From NCBI GenBank assembly GCA_032654565.1, contig JAULAX010000017.1, positions 224,001 to 288,000 of the forward strand: a DNA stretch of 64,000 nt, read 5' to 3'. Under the pieces are notes generated by a model. That model saw only the letters and a program-made list of their open reading frames with translations. It was not told where the DNA came from and did no database searches. Shown here piece by piece: positions 58,720 to 64,000 of this stretch; position 1 is the stretch's first letter, and every line of letters begins with the position of its first letter. The DNA is from Anaeromyxobacteraceae bacterium (GTDB lineage Bacteria; Myxococcota; Myxococcia; Myxococcales; Anaeromyxobacteraceae). Both the position numbers and the translations under genes were made by a program.

Positions 58720-59907
58720 ATGACCTCGCCCGTCCCCGCCGAGCTCAATCCCCCCCAGCGGCTGCTGCTCGGTCCCGGCCCCAGCATGGTCAGCCCGCGG
58801 GTCCTGCGGGCCATGTCCACGCCGCTGGTGGGCCACCTCGACCCGGCCTTCCTGGCGATCATGAACGAGGTCCAGGCCATGCTCCGGGCGGCCTTCCAGA
58901 CCCAGAACCCGTTCACCATCGTCATCTCCGGGACCGGGTCGGCCGGCATGGAGGCGGCGCTGGTCAACACCATCGAGCCGGGTGACACCGTCATCGTCGG
59001 GGTCAACGGCGTCTTCGGCACCCGCATGGCCGACATCGTGGGGCGCTGCGGTGCGACCTTGGTGAAGCTGGAGGTCCCCTGGGGCCAGACCTTCACCCGG
59101 GCCGCCGTCGAGGAGGCGCTGAGGAAGGCCGGCAAGGTGAAGGCGGTGGCGCTGGTCCACGCCGAGACCTCCACCGGCGCCCAGCAGCCGCTCGACGGGC
59201 TGGGCCAGCTCTGCCACGACCACGGCGCCCTGCTGATCGTCGACGCCGTCACCTCCCTGGGCGGCGTGCCGGTCACGGTCGACGCCTGGGGGGCCGACGT
59301 GGTCTACAGCGGCACGCAGAAGTGCCTCTCCTGCCCGCCCGGCCTGGCGCCGCTCACCCTCTCGCCGAGGGCCCTCGAGGTGGTGAAGGGGCGCAAGGGC
59401 AAGTGCCCGAGCTGGTACCTCGACCTCGGGATGATCGCCGACTACTGGGCCGACGGGAAGCGCGCCTACCACCACACCGCCCCCATCAGCATGGTCTACG
59501 CGCTGCGCGAGTCGCTCCGGATCGTGCTCGAGGAGGGGCTGGAGCCGCGCTTCGCCCGCCACCGGCTCCACAGCCGGGCGCTGCTGGCCGGGCTGGCGGT
59601 GCTGGGCTGCACCCCCAACGCGGCCGACGGGCACCGGCTCCCCTCCCTCAACTGCGTCACCGTGCCGGCCGGCATCGACGAGGCGGCCACCCGCAAGGCC
59701 CTGCTCAACGAGTTCAACATCGAGATCGGCGGCGGGATGGGGCCGCTGGCGGGCAAGGTCTGGCGCATCGGCCTGATGGGCGAATCGTCCAGGCAGGACC
59801 ACGTGGTGGCGGTCCTGGCCGCGCTGGAGCTGCTGCTGCGGCGCGCCGGCAAGGCGCCACCGCCGGGCGGCGCCGTGGCCGCCGCGCTGGAGGTCTACGC
59901 CGCCTGA
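58720..59907 (+). CDS. Class V aminotransferase (alanine-glyoxylate/serine-pyruvate type)
   Basis: LLLGPGPS, HAETSTG, VDAVTSLGG, SGTQKCL, YHHT, WRIGLMG. Confidence 0.92.
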   Translation: MTSPVPAELNPPQRLLLGPGPSMVSPRVLRAMSTPLVGHLDPAFLAIMNEVQAMLRAAFQTQNPFTIVISGTGSAGMEAALVNTIEPGDTVIVGVNGVFGTRMADIVGRCGATLVKLEVPWGQTFTRAAVEEALRKAGKVKAVALVHAETSTGAQQPLDGLGQLCHDHGALLIVDAVTSLGGVPVTVDAWGADVVYSGTQKCLSCPPGLAPLTLSPRALEVVKGRKGKCPSWYLDLGMIADYWADGKRAYHHTAPISMVYALRESLRIVLEEGLEPRFARHRLHSRALLAGLAVLGCTPNAADGHRLPSLNCVTVPAGIDEAATRKALLNEFNIEIGGGMGPLAGKVWRIGLMGESSRQDHVVAVLAALELLLRRAGKAPPPGGAVAAALEVYAA

Positions 59908-60155
59908 CCGTCGCTGGGGCGGGCGCCGGAGACCCCTTCGAGCCGCGGGCGGCGGCCTACGCCAGGGAGGATTGAGCCGCTGCCCGCTTCGCGCATGAGG
60001 CGGACATCACAACCACCTGATCTCACAGCACTGTTCCATTCCCGAATTACTCTGGGACCGGAACGTGGACCGGATTGGTCGATCGGCTTGCCGCGCTGCG
60101 CTGCGCCTGCCATATCCCTCCCGCGGGCCACGCCGGCCCGAGGGGGCAACCAGCG

Positions 60156-60827
60156 ATGTCCGAGACGGTGGTCGTGATGGCAGAGCGCAGCGGCCGGCGG
60201 GAGACGCAGGCCCTCGAGCTCTACGCCGAGGCGCCGCTGCCGACCGCCCGTGGCCTCTTCAGGACCGTGGTCTTCCGCGAGAAGGCCACCGGCGCCGAGC
60301 ACGTCGCCATGGTCATGGGGGACGTCGCCGGTGACGCGGTGCTGGTCCGCGTCCACTCCGAGTGCCTCACCTCCGAGGTGCTCGGCTCGCTCAAGTGCGA
60401 CTGCCGGGCCCAGCTCGACCGGGCCCTCGACGCCATCGCCGCCCGCGGCCGCGGCGCGCTCCTCTACCTTCGCCAGGAGGGGCGCGGCATCGGCCTCGGC
60501 AACAAGATCAAGGCCTACGCCCTGCAGGCCCGCGGCCACGACACCTACCAGGCCAACCAGCTGCTCGGCTTCGCCGACGACCTGCGCCGCTACGACGTGG
60601 CCGCCGACATGCTGCGGCTGCTCAACGTCCGCAGCGTCCAGCTCATCACCAACAACCCGCTCAAGCTCGACGGGCTCCGTGAGGCCGGCGTGCAGGTGCG
60701 GCGGCGGGTCGCCCTGCCCTCCCCCTCCAACCCGTACTCTGAGGCCTACCTGCGGGTGAAGCGGGAGCAGACCGGCCACCTCATCACCACCGACGACGAG
60801 CTGGCCGTCTCCTCGACCGGGTCCTAG
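60156..60827 (+). CDS. ribA: GTP cyclohydrolase II
   Basis: VRVHSECLT, SLKCDC, QEGRGIGL, TNNP. Confidence 0.94.
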   Translation: MSETVVVMAERSGRRETQALELYAEAPLPTARGLFRTVVFREKATGAEHVAMVMGDVAGDAVLVRVHSECLTSEVLGSLKCDCRAQLDRALDAIAARGRGALLYLRQEGRGIGLGNKIKAYALQARGHDTYQANQLLGFADDLRRYDVAADMLRLLNVRSVQLITNNPLKLDGLREAGVQVRRRVALPSPSNPYSEAYLRVKREQTGHLITTDDELAVSSTGS

Positions 60828-60849
60828 GCGCTCGGGCGCCGGGCCCCGC

Positions 60850-61998
60850 TCAGGGATCCCGCAGCAGCCGCCGGGCGATCACCAGCCGCTGGATCTCGCT
60901 GGTCCCCTCGTAGATGGTCTGCACCCGGGCGTCGCGGAACAGCTTGGCCACCGGGTACTCCTCGGTGTAGCCGTAGCCGCCGAAGATCTGCACCGCCCGA
61001 TCCACCACCCGCTGCGAGGCCTCGCTGGCGAAGAGCTTGGCCATGGCGGCGACCTGGCCGAAGGGCTGGCCCGCCTCCTTGGCCGCGGCGGCCCGCAGCG
61101 TCAGCAGCCGTGCGGCGGCGTGCGCGGTGGCCATGTCGGCCAGCATGAAGGAGATGGCCTGGTGCTCGGCGATGGGCTTGCCGAAGGTGCGGCGCTCCTT
61201 GGCGTAGCCGGCGGCGGCGTCGATGGCCGCCCGCATGGTCCCGGTGGCCTGGGCGGCGATGCCGATCCGCCCGCCGTCGAGCGCCGCCAGCGCCACCGCC
61301 AGCCCCTGGCCGATGGCCCCCAGCCGCGCCTCGTCGGGCAGCTCCACGCCGTCGAAGTTGAGCGAGACCGTGGAGGAGGCCCGCTGGCCCAGCTTCTCCT
61401 CGTGGCGCCCCACCGTGAAGCCGGCCATGCCCGGCTCGACCAGGAAGGCGGTCACCGCCTTGCCGCCGGCCAGCGCCGGATCGGTCCGGGCCCAGACCAC
61501 CAGCACCCCGGCCACGTCGCCGCTGGTGATCCACTGCTTGGCCCCGTCCAGCACCCAGCGCTCGCCCCGCCGCGTGGCCCGGGTGGTGAGCGCCGAGGTG
61601 TCGCTGCCGGCGCCGGCCTCGGAGAGCCCGAAGGCCCCGGCCAGGTGCTCGCCCGAGGCCAGCCGCGGCAGGTGGCGCGCCTTCTGCTCCGGCGAGCCGT
61701 AGCTGGCGATGGTCTCCGCCACCATGTTGGTGACCCCGGCGATGACCGCCACCGAGGCGTCGGCCGCGGCCAGCTCCATCATCGAGAGGGCGCCGGCCAC
61801 GGCGCCGGCCTCCGAGCCGCCGAACTCGGCCGGCACGTTGACGGCCAGCAGCCCCAGCTCGCCCAGCCCCCGGATCAGCTCGGCCGGGAAGACCCCGGCC
61901 CGGTCGTTGGCCGCCGCCGCCGGGGCGATCCGCTCCCGGGCGAAGGCCCGGGCCGTGGCGGCCACGGCGGCCTGGGCTTCGGTCGGCTCCAGCGTCAT
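60850..61998 (-). CDS. Acyl-CoA dehydrogenase
   Basis: GLSEAGAGSD, KQWIT, KLGQRAS, QIFGGYGY, IYEGTSEIQR. Confidence 0.93.
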   Translation of the reverse strand: MTLEPTEAQAAVAATARAFARERIAPAAAANDRAGVFPAELIRGLGELGLLAVNVPAEFGGSEAGAVAGALSMMELAAADASVAVIAGVTNMVAETIASYGSPEQKARHLPRLASGEHLAGAFGLSEAGAGSDTSALTTRATRRGERWVLDGAKQWITSGDVAGVLVVWARTDPALAGGKAVTAFLVEPGMAGFTVGRHEEKLGQRASSTVSLNFDGVELPDEARLGAIGQGLAVALAALDGGRIGIAAQATGTMRAAIDAAAGYAKERRTFGKPIAEHQAISFMLADMATAHAAARLLTLRAAAAKEAGQPFGQVAAMAKLFASEASQRVVDRAVQIFGGYGYTEEYPVAKLFRDARVQTIYEGTSEIQRLVIARRLLRDP

Positions 61999-62018
61999 CG
62001 CTCGTCCCGTCGCGCCGC

Positions 62019-63161
<1,143 letters not shown>

Positions 63162-63219
63162 GGGTGTGACTCCCTGTCGGCGCCGCTGCCGGTCGCCGCG
63201 TGGTGTGAGGACTGCGGCG

Positions 63220-64000
63220 CTAGGGCGCCGTGAACCTGGCCGGGCGCTTCTCCAGGAAGGCGGCCATGCCCTCCCTGGCCTCGGCGCCGCCGAAGAGGCC
63301 GGCGAAGGCCAGCCGCTCGCCGTCGAGCGCCTGGGGGAGCGGCTGCTCCGCGCCCTGTTGCATGACCCGCTTGCAGAGCGCCACCGCGGCCGGGCCGCGC
63401 GAGGCGATGACCCGGGCCTTGGCCCGGGCATGCTCGAGGAGCTTATCCGGCGCCAGCACCTCGAGGCAGAGCCCGGCGGCGCGGGCCGCGGCGGCGTCGT
63501 AGACCTCGCCGGAGAAGATCATCTCCTTGGCCCGCATCAGCCCGACGCGACGGATGAGCCGCTGGGTGCCGCCGAAGCCGGGGATGAGGCCGAGGTTGAC
63601 CTCGGGCTGGCCGAAGCGGGCCTTGTCGCTGGCGTAGATCAGGTCGCAGGCCATGGCCAGCTCGCAGCCGCCGCCGAGCGCGAAGCCGTTGACGGCGGCG
63701 ATGGTCACCACCGGCAGGGCCTCGAGGGCGTTCAAGGTGCGGTGGCCCAGCGCCGCGAACTCGCGCGCCTCGGCCGGACCCAGCTTCGACATGGCGGCGA
63801 TGTCGGCGCCGGCCACGAAGGCCTTCTCGCCGGCCCCGGTGAGGATGACCGCCCGGACCTCGCCGGCCTGGGCGCGCGCCAGCTCCAGCGCCTGGGCGAT
63901 CTCGGCGAGGGTGGCGGCGTCGAGGGCGTTGAGCTGCTTGGGCCGGTTGATGGTGAGCGTGCCGATCCCCTCGGCGACGTCCCAGGTGACGTTCTGGAAG
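63220..64000 (-). CDS. Enoyl-CoA hydratase/crotonase (start just beyond window edge)
   Basis: TINRPKQLNAL, KAFVAGADI, GFALGGGCEL, GQPEVNLGLIPGFGGTQRL. Confidence 0.93.
   Translation of the reverse strand, partial: FQNVTWDVAEGIGTLTINRPKQLNALDAATLAEIAQALELARAQAGEVRAVILTGAGEKAFVAGADIAAMSKLGPAEAREFAALGHRTLNALEALPVVTIAAVNGFALGGGCELAMACDLIYASDKARFGQPEVNLGLIPGFGGTQRLIRRVGLMRAKEMIFSGEVYDAAAARAAGLCLEVLAPDKLLEHARAKARVIASRGPAAVALCKRVMQQGAEQPLPQALDGERLAFAGLFGGAEAREGMAAFLEKRPARFTAP

Noticed and set aside
59908..60155. FMN riboswitch upstream of ribA
   Set aside because: Hairpins present but the conserved RFN sequence blocks are absent

Overview
Very GC-rich bacterial chromosomal segment, most likely an Anaeromyxobacter-like Myxococcota genome (inferred from gene content, a Myxococcus-type LexA box and the form of the dif site). 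It is mostly core genome: regB/regA-like two-component pair, trxA, an SOS mutagenesis cassette (imuA, imuB, dnaE2), class II ribonucleotide reductase, lepA-lepB, pyrR-pyrB-pyrC-carA, icd-mdh-sucCD-ndk, rlmN, hom, eno, thiC, a leucine/acyl-CoA catabolic cluster, meaB, rnc, two cyclophilins, era-der-yfgM-bamB-like, an M3 peptidase, ribA and acyl-CoA dehydrogenases. I found no transposase, integrase, phage, CRISPR, rRNA or tRNA genes. Most notable: (1) imuA is separated from imuB-dnaE2 by a beta-lactamase-like lipoprotein gene, and both halves carry copies of a ~58-bp promoter/LexA-box module bounded by inverted repeats; (2) a family of structured repeats with a constant loop and covarying stems lies between dnaE2 and nrdJ; (3) the lepA-linked signal peptidase lacks its catalytic Lys; (4) a probable XerCD dif site at 58338-58365, followed by a four-way-junction structure that hides the RBS of a 23-aa ORF; (5) a double HARE-HTH, dead-Mrr-like protein with a charge-blocked tail; (6) a start-less Cys-rich frame directly after the regA amber stop. 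All product calls come from motif recognition by eye, without database searches.
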